In this document: positions 28,940 to 46,040 of the stretch, piece by piece
Position numbering within the stretch: position 1 is the stretch's first letter
Layout: every line of letters starts with the position of its first letter
From: the human T2T-CHM13v2.0 reference genome, Homo sapiens
NCBI RefSeq assembly: GCF_009914755.1
Contig: NC_060935.1
Strand: one strand, 5' to 3'
DNA length: 64,000 bases
Program-made: the position numbers and the translations under genes
Notes under the pieces: model-generated
The model's database searches: none
The model's input: only the letters and a program-made list of their open reading frames with translations
Told to the model about the DNA's origin: nothing

Positions 28940-29384
28940 TATTGCAGGTCAGGCAAGTCCCAAAACTGGGGATCTGCTTGGGAAGATTCTTGGTTTTACT
29001 CAGGAAGAAATTCAAGAGTGAGCAGGTGGAGGAAAAAACCAGCTTTACTGAGGCAACAGTGTTACAGCTCCATGACTGCGCCTGCAGAGCAGGGCTACCC
29101 CACAAGCAGTGTGTTGAGAGTAGCAGCTCAGGGGCAGTTCTGCAATCACGTTTATACCCACTTTTAACTACATGCAAATTAAGGGACGAGTTATTCAGAA
29201 GTTTCTATAAAAAGGGTGGTAACTTCCAGATCATTGCCATGGAAAGGGGTGGTAACTTCTGGGTGCTGCTATGGCAATGGTAAACTGTCACTGGTGGGTG
29301 TGTCTTACAGAGAGGTGCTTTCCCCTCTTCCCTGTTTCCTAAGTCTTCAATCTTGTCCAGAAGGGAGCCCTGCCTCCTACCTCA
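28940..29384 (-). mobile_element. ERV1 solo LTR (MER66-family-like)
   Basis: Reverse strand begins 'tgaggtaggaggcagggctc' and has duplicated 'gaagttaccaccc' units. 4-bp TSD gcaa/gcag. Confidence 0.75.
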
Positions 29385-31564
29385 GCAGGGCCCTTTTTTT
29401 GCTGCTGCTCTGCAGATGATTTGTGGGGGTTTGGCTCCCTGGTACAGCCTTTGACCCATGGCTAAAGAGAAAAAAATCACTAGCATATTGCTTAATTATT
29501 TGTTGAGTTTGTTGTATCCAATTTTCAAATGCTCAATTGTTGATCCAGGCTGTTTGGCATCCTTTCCCCTGCTTCTGGAATAACATCCCTTCCAGTAAGT
29601 CTTTTTCTGAATTTGTGAGTCTGCCTACTAAGTCTTTTTCTTCACTGTGTCTTTTTTTTTCACGTAAGTTCATTTGGCTAGTCCTAGGGCCTCTAGGCTA
29701 GCACCAATGTATCTAGTACTCACTTATTTTGTCCAGTGTTGGCTTTTCCACCATGCTTGTTGCTCCCATTGTATATAATTGCCTGTGTGTAATTTGGATA
29801 TCTATTTTTTATCCAGGTATGTTGCATTGTACAAGATGAAGTTAGGTGAGTATAGATAACTCCTAAATCTATCTTAGTCTGAATGTGTTAAAGAACTTCC
29901 CGGAGTCGCCCTTGGCAAATGTCAGGGGTTTTGTTTTGGCGCATATGATCCCACCAGATTACTCTGAGGCTCATGTTACTCTTGCTTTGCCATTAAGATT
30001 TGCTATGGTTGAATTATTCCAATCCATTATATCTAATCACAGGGTGGTTGGGTAAAGCCTCTTTGACCTCACTCCATCATACACTCCCTTAGCGCCCTGT
30101 ACTTTTCCTTCACAGCACTTTACCTACTTGAAGTCATTTAATTTATTATTGTATATATAATAGTTTGTTTAAGGTCTTTCACCACTGCTAGACTCTAATC
30201 TTGGTGACAATAGGGATTGTGTTGATAACTGTAGCCTCAGGGTTTAGTAAAGTACCTGAAGCAAAGTAAATGCCCAACAAATACAAGGTGATTGATTAAC
30301 TAATTGATTTATATTTTTATGTCAAGAAATAGTGAAGAGCTGGTGGCATTGACCATCACAGGAGTACCCTGCCATTTTGTAGACCATGTCTGTAAAATCT
30401 GCAATGATCTTTCATCTAATCTTCCATCAACTCCTAAAATCCAATTACTTAGATGATTAGGCACACATATATGCTTTCGATAACGAGGGTTTGTAGGATC
30501 TCTGTGCCTAAATACCATAATCTTGTTCCTATCAGTTTTTTGGCTACTTTATTCGAATGCTCTTTTCAAAAGATCACTGTCCCCTCTTCTCCTGTGTTTA
30601 CAAGAGTGCCCATCATCTGCTGTAATTAGTTCCAAGGCTTTGGGGACTTTTATTTTTGTCTTTTGAATTCCTCCAACCCAGCAGAACACTAAAAACAAAT
30701 GTATACCCCTTTGCCTTGGGGAAAACTTGAAGTGGAAGAACTTCATTGTTGATGCTTCCTTCTGACCCCACCCTATCAGCCGTCTCCCTTTTCTGGGCTC
30801 ACTCTCTCTCCCCACTTGGATCATCTTCTCCACTCACACCCTCAGATGACCAGCTTCCTCATTCTAAACCTTGCCTCTGTCCTCTTTCCGCATCCCCTAT
30901 TTTAGTTCCTCATCTAGAGCTCTCTACTCTGGAGAGCTCCAACATCCAAAGCTGTCCACGGTCACTAAGCACGAAGATGTTGCCCATCTCAGGGTGACAT
31001 CGTTGCAATTCCGTGAGGCTTCAGATGGGCACAATTTAACCCAAACAGCTAAATCCACCGGTTGGGATGTCAGTTTTTTTTTTTTCTAGGAAAAAAGAAA
31101 ACAGATATGGAGACTGTTGAGGCCCTATGGGAATCAGGAGGGAATAAAGGAAACATCACACTTTCAAATGTGAAAACTATGCTCAGCTGAATGTGATCCA
31201 GGGAACCCTCTCTGGTTTATAACCTGTCAGAGGCCACTGTGGCTTTCAATATATTATTAAAACCCAACAGTAACAACATAGCGATTGTTTAGAAATTTTT
31301 AGACCAACAAAAGATATTTGGGGGCAGAGTATCTTATCACTGACGTTGTTTGGAATTCTCTAGGCTCGACAATAATAAAATGCAGACCAACATTTATTCA
31401 GTTTTATTCTTTTGAAATTCTCTACCGACCCTGCACCTCTCCTTGCTGCCACCCAGAGCAGATTATTCCACTGTTGGTGCTGGGTGTTTACTACAGATAA
31501 GTTCAGATCCACACGGTGTCATTTTCTGTGTAATCTTGAACGGAGATTTTTAAAAGTTAATTTC

Positions 31565-31810
31565 CATAGTTATTGAGTGCTTACAGTGTGCTGAGACAGA
31601 CACTTAAGGCTTTGAGTGCTTTGCATACACTGCCTCATATGATCCCTCATGTGATCCTTACAATAACCTTATTAGGTGGGCAGTTTCATTTGCTCTAGTG
31701 TGTAGATGAGGAAATTGGGACTCAGAGAAGTAAATAATTTGCTAGTTGTTGCCTCAATAAGAAAGTTGCAGACCTGAGACTGGAATTCAGGACTGTTTGA
31801 CTTCAAATTA
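31565..31810 (-). mobile_element. MIR SINE
   Basis: 'ttattgagtgcttacagtgtgc...gatgaggaaattgggactcagagaagtaaataatttgc'. Confidence 0.75.
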
Positions 31811-33629
31811 TAGGCATTTAATTCAACCTGTTCAAGCATCACTTTTGTCATCTGTGCATGCAGATAATAATGTCTATGTCATGTATACTTGTGTCTTACC
31901 TGTCCCAACTTTTCACCCCAGCTTCATTTCCAGATTGTCCCCATCTCCACTTAGCCCACTCCTATTAACTTTTCCAGACTCAGCTTAGACATTATTCACA
32001 GGAATCATTTCTCCACCCCTTCCCTTGCCAGTACCTAAGCCTGGGCTAAGCTGCCCCCTATATTGTGTTCCCATAGTGTCCTGCAAAAAACCCTGGTCCA
32101 GCACCGACAAGCCCAATGGAAATGATCTATGTGTCTGTCTCCCCAGGCATCCTGCATGCTTTTGGAGCCACTTTGTCTTCAATTGTATGCCCCCAACACC
32201 TAGCATTGTGCTTGGAACATAGAGAAAGCTCAAGAAATGTTTCAGAACAATTTAGAAAAACTGGATCTCAGAGCTGGCAGGGCACCTGAAAATCAATTAG
32301 CTGACACACTTATCAGATGCTTGGCTCCCTCTGCAACATGTTTCTCCTCTTCTCCCGGAGATTCATTACTTCTCAAGGCAGACCAATGGGCAGGTAGAGC
32401 TGTGAGACACAGTGCTTTGTACATTGATCTTCACCACATCTCTTTGTACCCTATAGAATTAGCCTTTTTGTACTACTGACCATTCATCTGATGGTTATTT
32501 TCCAGTCTTGCCGACAAATGTATTTGACCAATCCCTGAATGATGCCATTTTCCATTTTAGTAAGTGGAAAACCAAGAGGATTAAAGACCCTCTCTCTTAA
32601 CAATCAATTGGCAACACTCAAGATTTCAGTACCAATTAATCAACGACCCACTGAAAAAGCCACCTGTGTATTATAAGATTTATTAGTTTGCATGGATGAG
32701 AAGATCAGGGGGTAGTGTATGTGGGTAAACAGGAGGAGAAGTCCCTCCTCCTAATAGAGCCCCTATTGGAGGCAATCTTTACCTAAGAAAGTACCTTTAA
32801 TAGCTGGTACCACGGAGTTCCCCTGGGCCAAGTGGTCCCAAATTGTTATAAGTCCAGATTGCATTAGGCTGAGTTTTCCTTAGTCCAGCGCAGGCCACTT
32901 GAGCATTGCCTGTTGACCTGACATTTAGGAGTGCCTTAATTTGATATTTGTCTTTTTGTTTTTAACCCAGCTGGGATGAATGACAACATTCAAGATATTT
33001 TCATCTTAGATGCCAAATTGTGATATGCACAAAGCCCTCTCCAAATGGCTTTCACTGGCCCAATTATAGGCTGTGTCAAAATTAGTTCAAGTGTTTGAAG
33101 GAGGCAGATATAGGTCTCCCAGTTTCCTCCCTATACTTCTCCAGGGAACCAGATGTTCAGGCTGATAAACTCCTGGGTCTGATCAGCAGACTTTCTTCAG
33201 TCTCATCTTCTTTCCCCTTCTCATTGTCGTGTTTGCTTTGCTGTGTTTGCCATTAGAGCTCTGTGTATTGAGCAAACTTTTTAGCCTGTGTATGCCTGCG
33301 GATATATTTGCCCTGCTTTGTTTCATCCTGAAGGACTGTTTACATTCTAGCCTTCAGAACTTTTTGGAAACTAGAAAAAGATATAAGCCCTTAGCCTCTG
33401 GGCTGTAGAAGCTCATATTTTCTGTGCTCAGAAAATACAGCAATTCTTATGGCCCAGAGCCAGAATAAGAACATCTCTTGGATTTGCAACATTGTCTTCT
33501 CTTAGAGGGCAGCAAGAAACCCTGAGATGCTGGAGTAAAATACTTTTCCAAAATAACCATAATAAGTAAGCCTTACCAATCCCAAAGTTAAAATGCTCAT
33601 CAAAGCTCATGGAACTTCTGCTGTCACCA

Positions 33630-33835
33630 TGCAAGCTAGGCTCCTGGTTCTGCAGCTTACTTGCTGTGATTCCTGGGAAAATTCTGGAATCTCTCTGTGC
33701 TTCAGTTTTTTCATCTCTAAAATGGGGCTGATGATACTCACTTTTCGGGCTGTTGCGATTAGCAAATAAACCAATAAAGATAAAGCACTTAGCAGAGCCC
33801 CTGGGGCATAGTAAATACTTAACAAAGTATAATCG
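33630..33835 (+). mobile_element. MIR SINE
   Basis: 'cttacttgctgtgattcctggg...tctctgtgcttcagttttttcatctctaaaatgggg'. Confidence 0.8.
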
Positions 33836-34778
33836 TTGTTATATTGTTATTGGCTGTGTTATTTCTAATTTAAAATCATTCATTCACATCAAAGTTATTT
33901 TCTTTTTTCTTTCCGATATTGTCCTTCTATAGTAGTGATAAGCTAGCTATTTAAAATATAAAATCTTTATTGTACTGTAAAAAACACTGATGTTATAATT
34001 TTGACAATTACAAACTGGATAAAATACTTCTTAAAACAACTGTTTAATGGTCCAAGAGAGTTAAACAAACAACAAACAACAATAACAAAAAAACACCTGG
34101 TATAAATTGGAGAAAGTTTGACTCTTGAAAGAAGGAACCACATTGGGTGAGATCCAAATGTAGTGATATTCCACCTGAAGACATTCCCTTATCTCTACAG
34201 CATTCAGAGGATAGAGCTCCAGCAGAAAGGCAGTCTTATTGACCTTAAAAATCAGATGACAGAGTTCAGGGCTTCCAGAGTAGCAAGAAATTGAGGTCAG
34301 AAATCCTGGAAGGAAGGAGCCATGGAAATGGCTCCCCAGATAAAATCCTCTCAAATCCTTGACTCACCTCTGACATGAATGTTTAGAGAAAAGCACCAAG
34401 TTGTGCAGGGGGCAAATAATAGCTGGGAAGCCAAAAGGGCTAAATGGAGGTTTTAGCAACTGCCTGCCACAAGACAGATAGATTTTGGAGTTTGAGTTCC
34501 ACAACGTTAAAGAGGTACCCTAAAACGTAAAGTATAATAATAATAATAAAAAAGAGGCATGGCAGAAAGCTTGGGCTGTCCATCAGAATCTCAGAAAGGC
34601 AGTGGTTTGGAATAAAGTTCATGTGCTAGGACTAAGGGAATTGACCTAGGATTAAGTGCAGAACCGAAATGGACATGCTCTAAGAAAGACCAAAACCAAA
34701 ACTTCACAATACCAAGGCGAACTACTGATAATTTAAGTTTTTGCTAGAACAAAACACTCTTCAGAAGGAGATAATGAA

Positions 34779-35102
<324 letters not shown>

Positions 35103-35549
35103 TTATCCACAATGACCAGTGTATATTAAAAATTAGACATGTGAAAACAAAACAAAACAGGGAAATGTGACCCCTAGTAAACTGAGGAATCAGCAAATAG
35201 AAACCACCCTAAGATGATTCCTCTATTGAAATAAGTGAATAAGGACTTTAAAGATGTTTTTATAAATACATTCGGGAAACTTAAAAATTACCATAATTAA
35301 TAAATAGAAATCTCAGCAGAGACATAGAAACTAAAAAAAAAAAATCTGTAACTGCAAAGAGGACTATCTCAAATTTTAAGATTCACAGGATGAGCATAAT
35401 AGCTGAATGAATAGTAAACTTTTAGTTAGATCAATAGAAATAATTGAATCTGAAGAATAAAGTTAAAACAGATAGAATAGGCGTAAACAGAGTCTCAGTA
35501 AGACGTGAAACAATATCAATCAGATAGTTAATTAAAAGCACATTGGCTG

Positions 35550-35800
35550 AGGCATGTCCAGAATAGGCAAATTTACAGAAAGACTGAGTAGTTGTTGCCT
35601 ACAGCTGGAATGTGGAGAAGAGGAATGGGGAGTGGCTGCTAATAGGTACAGGATCTCTTTTGGGAGTAATGAAAATGTTGTAAAATAAGTGTGGCAATCA
35701 TTGTACAAATCTGTGAATAGACTAAAAACCATTCACTTGTACACTTTAAATAGGTGAATTGTTTAGTACATGAATTAAATCTCTATAAAGCTGTTAAAAA
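35550..35800 (+). mobile_element. L1MB-type 3' end fragment nested in the older L1
   Basis: 'atgtccagaataggcaaatttacagaa...gctaataggtacagg...gtacactttaaataggtgaattg...tataaagctgttaaaaaa'. Confidence 0.8.
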
Positions 35801-36054
35801 ATACTGGCTGAAATTTTTACACATTTTGTCAGCCATAGACCCAGAAAGCTCAGCAAACCTCAAGCAGGATAAATACAAAGAAAGCACTGCTGAAAATAAA
35901 AGATAAACAGAAAATTATAACAAGATGAGAGAGAGAGAGAGAAAAGACATTATATATAGGAAACAGATAATATGAATGAGTTGACTCAGATCAGAAACAG
36001 TGAAGGTCAGAAGATGACAGAATGACTGAAAAGACAGCTGAATTTTATAAAATA

Positions 36055-36425
36055 CAGACAGTCCTTGACTTATGACAGTTTGATTTAGGATTTTTCAATT
36101 TTGTGATGGTGCAAAAGTGATACACATTCAATAGAAACTATACTTAATGTACCCATACAACCATTCTGTTTTTTACTTTCAGTACAATATTCCATAAATT
36201 ACATGAGCTATTCGATACCTTATTATAAAATCAGCTTTGTGTTGAATGATTTTTCCCAGCTGTAGACTAATGTAAATGTTCTGAGCATGTTTAAGGTAGG
36301 CTAGTCTAAGCTGTGATGTTAGGTAGATTAGGTGCATTTAAATGCATTTTCAATGATATTTTAAATTTGCAGTGGGTTTATCAGGATGTTACTCCAAGAT
36401 GCTCCTCCAAGGTGAGGGGCATCTG
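36055..36425. mobile_element. MER47A-like TcMar-Tigger DNA transposon
   Basis: TA|CAGACAGTCCTTGACTTA...GAGGGGCATCTG ends and ~370 bp internal sequence matching recalled MER47A. Confidence 0.8.
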
Positions 36426-37152
36426 TGTTTTAGTCAGTGAAAATGTCTTGCAAAACTGAAGATAAAATAAATACAGTTAGTCACACTTCACTTGCACTAT
36501 AAGAAATTCTAAAGAAAAATTCTTCAAATTGAAGGAATATAATAACATAAATTTATATCTACAGGAAGGAATAAAGAGCAAAGAAATGATAAACAAATCG
36601 CTTAAAGTGTTTAGTTAAACTCTTTAAAAGTTATTTGACAGTTTAAGGAGGAATAATACAAAGTATTATTGGATTTAAAGCATGTATAGACATAGAATAC
36701 ATAACAACAATAGTACAAAGACAAGAGAGGATATAAACAAAATTATACTGTTAAGTGTCTAATATGTGAAGTGGGATAATATTAATTCAGGACAAATAGT
36801 GACAAAATGCTGCATATTGCAGTTCCTAGAGCAGTCATTTAAAAAAATACAAAAAGGTATAGCTAAAATCCAATTAAATACATAGAATGAAATACTAAAA
36901 CACATTGAATGAACCCAAAATAAAAATGGAGGGAAAAAAAACCCAGGAAAGGAAAAACAAATAGAAATATTACAACCAAACCATAGCAATAATTACATTA
37001 AAGGTAAATGAACTAGATTATTCAAAGGAAGAGATTGCCAGATTTAAAAAGAAGCTAGGTCCAACTTCATGCAGTTTACAAGAACTCATGTTAAATATAA
37101 AGACTCAAACAGATTAAAAGCAAAAATGGAAAAAGATGTACCATGCAAACAC

Positions 37153-37530
37153 TGTATTAGTTCGTTTTCATGCTACTATGAAGAAATACCCAAGACTGGA
37201 TAAGTTATAAAGGAAAGAGGTATAATTGACTCACAGTTCAGCATGGCTGGGGAGGCCTCAGGAAACTTATAATCATGGCGGAAGAGGAAGCAAATACGTC
37301 CTTCTTCACATGGCAGCAGGAGAGAGAAGTGCCAAGCGAAGGGGGGGAAGGCCCCTCACAAAACCGTAAGATCTCATGAGAACTCATTTGCTATCATGAG
37401 AACACCATGGGGAACTGCCGCCATGATCTAATCACCTGCCACGAGGTCCCTCCCCCAACACATGGGAATTACAATTTGAATTACAATTCAAGATGAGATT
37501 TGGGTGGGAACACAGAGCCAAACCATATCA
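37153..37530 (-). mobile_element. THE1C/D-type MaLR solo LTR
   Basis: TGTATTAG...CCATATCA ends. Exact 5-bp TSD AACAC at 37148-37152 and 37531-37535. Confidence 0.92.
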
Positions 37531-38598
37531 AACACCAATCATAAGATATTCAGTGTGTCTATAGTAATCTCAAAGTAATTATCTTGATAAGGAATAATAT
37601 CAACATTAAAGAGGTCTTTTAATAAGGATGAAAGGATTCCACCTAATAACAGATTTTCAAACTACATGCATTAAAACTGACAGAACTAAGGGATAAATAA
37701 ACAAATCCAAAATTATAGATGGAAATTTTAACATGCCACTATGAGTAATTGATGAGACAAGTAGACAAATGCATGTAAATCTAACAATTAATTCCAGAGT
37801 ACACACTCTTTTCAATAGGACAGGAAATTCACCAAAATAGTCTATGTTCTGGGCTATAAAACAAGTCTCAATAAATTTCAAAAGACTGAAATCATACTGA
37901 GTATGAGTTATCTGACCACAGTGAAATAAACAGAATAAAATAACAATTTAAAATATCTAGAAAAATCTCCAATTATTTGGAAATAAATTAATAATCTTCT
38001 GAATAGCTCATGATTCAAAGGATAAATCACATGAGAAATTTGGAAATATTTCAAAATGAATAATAAAAATGCAGTCTATCCAAATTTATGAGATGCAGTT
38101 TAATCACTACTTAGAGGGACATTTATAGTTTAAATACTTTTTTAAGAGAGAGAGAGAAAGAAGGAGGGATAGAGGAAGGAAGAAAATCAATGCTATAACT
38201 TTTCATCTTAAATAGATGGAAAATGAAGAGCAAATTAAACCCAAAGTACATGGAAGAAAGGAAATGATAAATATGAGTAGAAACAAAGTAAAAAAAAAAA
38301 AAGCCAAAAGTTGGTTCTGTAAAAAGATGGATAAAATTGCTAAACTTTTAGCTAGTTTGGTTTTTTAAAAAAGTGGAGGGAGGAGGGAAATCACAAATTA
38401 CCAATTTCAGTAATGAAAAAAGGGATATATACAAATCCTACAGTTATTAAAGAAATATTACAAAAGCTTTATGTCATTTAATTTGACAATGAAAAATTTT
38501 CCTGGAAAGCATGATTTACCAAAAATACTTTTTGAAAGGGTAAAAATTGTTAATATTCCTGTATCTGTCAAAAAATGCATAATTAAAAACCTTCTACA

Positions 38599-38735
38599 GG
38601 CTGAGCCCCATGGCTTAACGCTGGTAGTCCTAGCACTTTGGGAGGCCAAAGTGGGCAGATCACTTGAGCCCAGGAGTTCAAGACCAGCTTGGACAACATG
38701 ATGAAACCCTGTCTCCATCAAAAAATAAATAACTT
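38599..38735 (+). mobile_element. FLAM / Alu left monomer
   Basis: Single monomer with A tail. TSD AAAACCTTCT(A/G)CA at 38586-38598 and 38736-38748. Confidence 0.88.
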
Positions 38736-39477
38736 AAAACCTTCTGCAAAGAAAATTTGAGGTCCAAATTGCTTCACCAGTGAATTCTATCAAACGTTTA
38801 AAGTGAAATAATAGTAATCTTCCACATTCTTTTTAGAAAATGGAAAAATAATTTCCAATTTGTTTTAAGAGGGCAGATGGCCTTGATACCAAAAAGGCAT
38901 TTCATTTTCAAAAAAATCTAAAAATGAGTATACCTCATGAATGTACATAAAAACATGTCTAATAAAATATTTCCAAATAAAACCCAGCAGATAATACATT
39001 ATAACACAAATAGGATTTATCTCAGAAATGTAAGGGTAGTTTAACATTAAAAAATCAATCATTTTAACTAACCAGACTAAGAAAATAAAGGAGGAAAAGC
39101 ATAGGACTAATAAAATAGATGTCAAAAAAGTTTTGACAAAATCCAGCATTCATTTATTTTTAAAGGGTTGGCAAAATAGGAAGAGGCCTAAATGCCAGAA
39201 TAGGAAGGGCATCCTAAATGCCCTTTAAGATGATAAAAGGCGTTTATGAAGAAATCGTACGTTTAACATAATTCTTAATAGTAAAGTACTAAACGCTTTT
39301 TCCCTACAATGAAATACAAAGTAAGGATGTCTGCTCTCATCACTTCTGTTTGACATTTAGAAGGAATTAGCCAGTGCCATACGCAAGAAAAAGAAGTCAT
39401 GAAGATTGATAAGAACAAAGTAAAATTGTCTTTCTTCACAGACAACATGATTGCTTACATGGAAAATCCTAAGGAAT

Positions 39478-40822
<1,345 letters not shown>

Positions 40823-41842
40823 GTAAAGAATCTGCAACAACCTACTGAACTACTAAGTGGATTTAGCAAGGCTGCAGGTTACAAAGTCAATATACTTATA
40901 TTTCTTATATACTAGCCACGAACAATTAAAACATTTTATAAGTTTATTTATAACAACATCAAACACACAAAATACTTGGGAATAAATTAAAATACAGATA
41001 CACTGAAAGCTACAAAATATTGCAGAGAAAAACAAAAGAAGGCCCCAATACTAGAAAAGACATACAATGTTCATACATCTGGATGAAGTTTGAAAAATAC
41101 TAATCTAAGTTAATCTTCTTATAGATTAAGAGAATAAGATATAGCGCTTTTAAATGACTTGCCCATCACTCAACTCAGCGAGGACAGGACTAGAGGTTTA
41201 AAGGAAGTGGGTAGAGGTGTAAAGGACGTGGGGAGAGTTTAGGTATCCCTTGTAAGAAAGCAGAAACACAGGAAAGCATTGCAGAGTGATACTGAGGCCC
41301 AGCTGAGGTCAGAGGTTGTGGATTTCTCATAGCACCAGCGAGCTTGGCCAAGGGATTTTCTCCAGTGGCATCCAAGAGAGCAGAGAAGTTGAGTTTAGTA
41401 TTAAGCTGAAGTTTAGGGTCTCTAAAGATGGGAACAGCAAAATGATAAGCCTGCTGGGATGTTGAAGGCACAGCGGGAGAGTTGTTAGTGATTCATCTGA
41501 AGGGACAGGTTTGCTCTGATAAAGAATGAGGCCTTGAGGAGGGTTAGAAGGACTTGAGCTCCTGATAGGGCCAAAGAGAAGGCATGGAGAAGAAAGAGGA
41601 TGGGAAAACCAAAGCGATCAACTATTGTGGTCAGTGCTTCGTCTAATAAAGAATCCATTATTATAACTGCTGTATTTCCTAAAGCAAGATTTTTGACGAT
41701 GACTAAAATTTTAAAGGATTTGATGCATAATTCTATCTACTTGAAGAATATAATAAGAGCAATCCTTTCTTTCTATTCTAGTTAATAGATTTTTTTTTTT
41801 TTTTGCAATGTATGTTAAGTGGACCCAACTCAGAAGTACAAT

Positions 41843-42178
<336 letters not shown>

Positions 42179-42447
42179 TTAGATCTCTTACTTGTAAATG
42201 GGTGTAATGATGGTACCTGCCTCATAGGGTTACTGTGAAGTTCAAATGAGTTAACACCATTAATGATACCAGGCTTTGCAATGTGTTTGATTTAGATGCT
42301 AAAGACTATTTATTGGTTCCATATTTCAATAATTCACTGAGGAGAAAAGTGAGGGAGGTAAACATAGAATCTGTGAAATCAAAATGCCTTTCTAGAGCAA
42401 GACAATCAGGTTTCTATAGTGAAACAAGACTCTTAAAAATACGCTTA

Positions 42448-42741
<294 letters not shown>

Positions 42742-43849
42742 TATATATGCTTGGGCATTTTTTTTAACCCTCAGACTTCATTTCAAGGTTGAAATTGCTT
42801 GATACAAATGTAACAGACGTTGTAGTTAAGCTCCCATGTTTCTTGTACTCCCGAATTCTTTCTGATAAACCTGGCATGAGATTAGCTGGAGTCTGACTGA
42901 CATGTGATTCTTGGGAACACAGGATTCCTTGATATATAAAAGACCCTTAGATCAATGGGTAGTTCTTAATATATGCCTGCTATTATTATTCTTATCTGAC
43001 TTATACATGTTCCCTTATCAGCAATGAGAGATTGTTTATACAAAGAGGGAAGAGGGGTACTTTGGTTTCTTTATTCTGTGTCTTTATTATTGAATACTAA
43101 TGCATACTGAAAATATTTAAATAAAAAATACAGTGTTTGCCTTCAAGAAGTTTTAATTTAGCTGGACAATTACGTGCAGTAATGAACATATTTCCTACAT
43201 GTTTTCAGAAATGGAAGGCAGGGAGAAAGACACGAAGAGAGCAACGGATGAGAAATGAATGCAAAAATTAGAGGGAGACCCCTACTCCTGTCCCCTAATT
43301 TGCAGTGAGGGTGGAGGGACCCAGAAAGGAAAATCCCAGGATAGGGAATCCGTATTCAAGACTGTGCATCCTTTTCCTAGGTCTGTCTCTAAGGCATGAA
43401 TAAATTGAATGTACGCATTGAATCTATTTCTGTCACATTTGGGGCCACAACATATGGAGAGTTGGCTTGTTTTTCTAACTTAACTGACTTTGTTTAAAGA
43501 CCCTTGCTCAGAGGAGAGTTCTCAATCAAAGTAGCCATACTCCATTCCCCATGGGAGGCCATCCAACCCTGGGCCTGAACTTTGAACATGGCACCAGTTG
43601 GCAAAAGGCTCTGCGAATCTACCCCTTTGTTTTTAAGACAGTGCCTGGGTGTTTGGTCCAGCATGGGTGGGTAACTTAGGGGGTCTTCACAATTTTACTA
43701 CACATCTTGAATGGCATAAGGCAGGGCAACCTTTCCAGCTGAAGTGTCATAACATAGAAGTGGATTGTGGTGACCACAATTAATGTATTAGAAATAATAG
43801 GTAGATAAACAATGTTGGCAAGTTATTTTCTTGAAGATATATTACAGTA

Positions 43850-44325
<476 letters not shown>

Positions 44326-44457
44326 TACAACAGATTTAAGTTTCCAATTATAATAATGTCAGTGTCATGCAATTGTCTACTGATAGGCTTTCTTGTGGGA
44401 TGGTGTCTTAGTTAGCATGTGAGGAATTGTGTGTAACCCTGGACATACCCATGGGAG

Positions 44458-45041
44458 TGTAGGGGTGAAAAGGTAATACCTCTTCTCATTCATCACAAGG
44501 GTCACAGCCAACTCTCCTATAACAAAAGACAGATTAGCAAGGGAAAAATGTAACAAATTTATTTAATCAACATTTTATGTGACAGGGGAACCTTCAGAAA
44601 TGAAGATGCAAAGACCCAGGGAAAACTGTATTTTATGTTTGGTTAACACCATGTAGAAATGTGATTCGACAAAAAGTGCAAGCAAATGGCAATAAACTGA
44701 AGGGGAAATCCAGCAAGGCCTGTTTGTTCAGATTCTTCTCAGCCTCTCTGTGTAGCATTTCTTCCTCCCGGTGTAGGACAGAACACCTGTCACATGAGGG
44801 TTTTCAGGGAAGAAGACAGAAGGTCAGAGAGTAACATTTCCAGGTTTTATGGCTTTCTTTGGGGAAGAGGAATTCTTGTTTCTATGAGCTGATTTGAAGG
44901 AGAAATAGGTGAATAAGAAAGGAGGGCAGGAAAAGGTCAGAGAGAACTTCTTGCCTCTGAGGCCCTCCCATTTTCCTTCAGTTCAAAGTACTCAGCATGC
45001 CAAAGCTCTGTGCTTTGGGGAATCATGGTCTGACCCCAACA
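44458..45041 (-). mobile_element. ERV1 solo LTR (MER39-family-like), copy 1
   Basis: TG...CA ends, 'ttcagttcaaagtactcagcatgccaaag', 4-bp TSD ggag/ggat. Confidence 0.8.
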
Positions 45042-45839
45042 GGATTGTGTCACACATTGAGAATAATTCATCATAGTCGGTTAATAAACAGCTGTGACCT
45101 TGGGTAAGTTATTTGACCCATATTATTTCCCCCAATTTCTCATTTGTTTGTAAAAAAGAGACATCTTATAGGATAACCTGACTAAACCTAACATAATACA
45201 TAGTGAGGCATTTTGATGTTAGTTTTCTCCCTTCTGGAAGTATCACAGAAAGAATTGAACATGATTAAAATTCACAGGAGAATCACTAAAGGGAATAAAT
45301 AATCTTGTGAATACTTAAAACTTTGTGTAACCCAAATGTCCTCAGTTCCACCAACCCGAGGGAATGAATAAGTTATTAATACCCAAATTTTGCAAGCTCA
45401 TAGCCCCACCTGCATGATCTCAACTCTTCCTCAAAGATCCTGTTAATTATGTGTTGGAGTCCTTATGTCTTACCAGTACTCAGTAATAGGTCCAAACTTG
45501 TCCCACTGCCTCAGCCTCCTTGTTAATGTTCACTGTCCCAAAGCACCTGAATTTCTCCACCACTGCCAATGCCTTCCCTGACAACTTTGCTTCTCTGTCT
45601 GCCTCTCCCTTCCCAAATCCTAAATCCCTGGTGTGTTGTTGTCTCACTGTATCAGAGTTATGCATTGTGGATTATACAGAAATGGAAAAAGAGCCCTTAT
45701 ACCAGTACTTTTTCACACCTTGTTCATCCTCTGGATGACATGAAAGCTAGTGAGACATAAAAACAGCTTCTGTCAAGACCAGAGAAAACAACAGATCCTG
45801 TGCTAACCCCTCTCCTGTACCACCATTACCCTGCCTCCA

Positions 45840-45986
45840 CCATCCATCCGTCCAATCATCCACCAATCCATCCATCCATCCATCCATCTGTCCATCCATC
45901 CATCCATCCATCCATCCATCCATCCATCCATCCATCCATCCATCTGTCCATCCATCCAACCATCCATATATCTAACTATCTATCTA

Positions 45987-46034
<48 letters not shown>

Positions 46035-46040
46035 TCCATC
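45840..46040. repeat. Compound tetranucleotide STR (CCAT)n-(CTAT)n-(CTGT)n-(CTAT)n
   Basis: Read directly. Confidence 0.95.
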
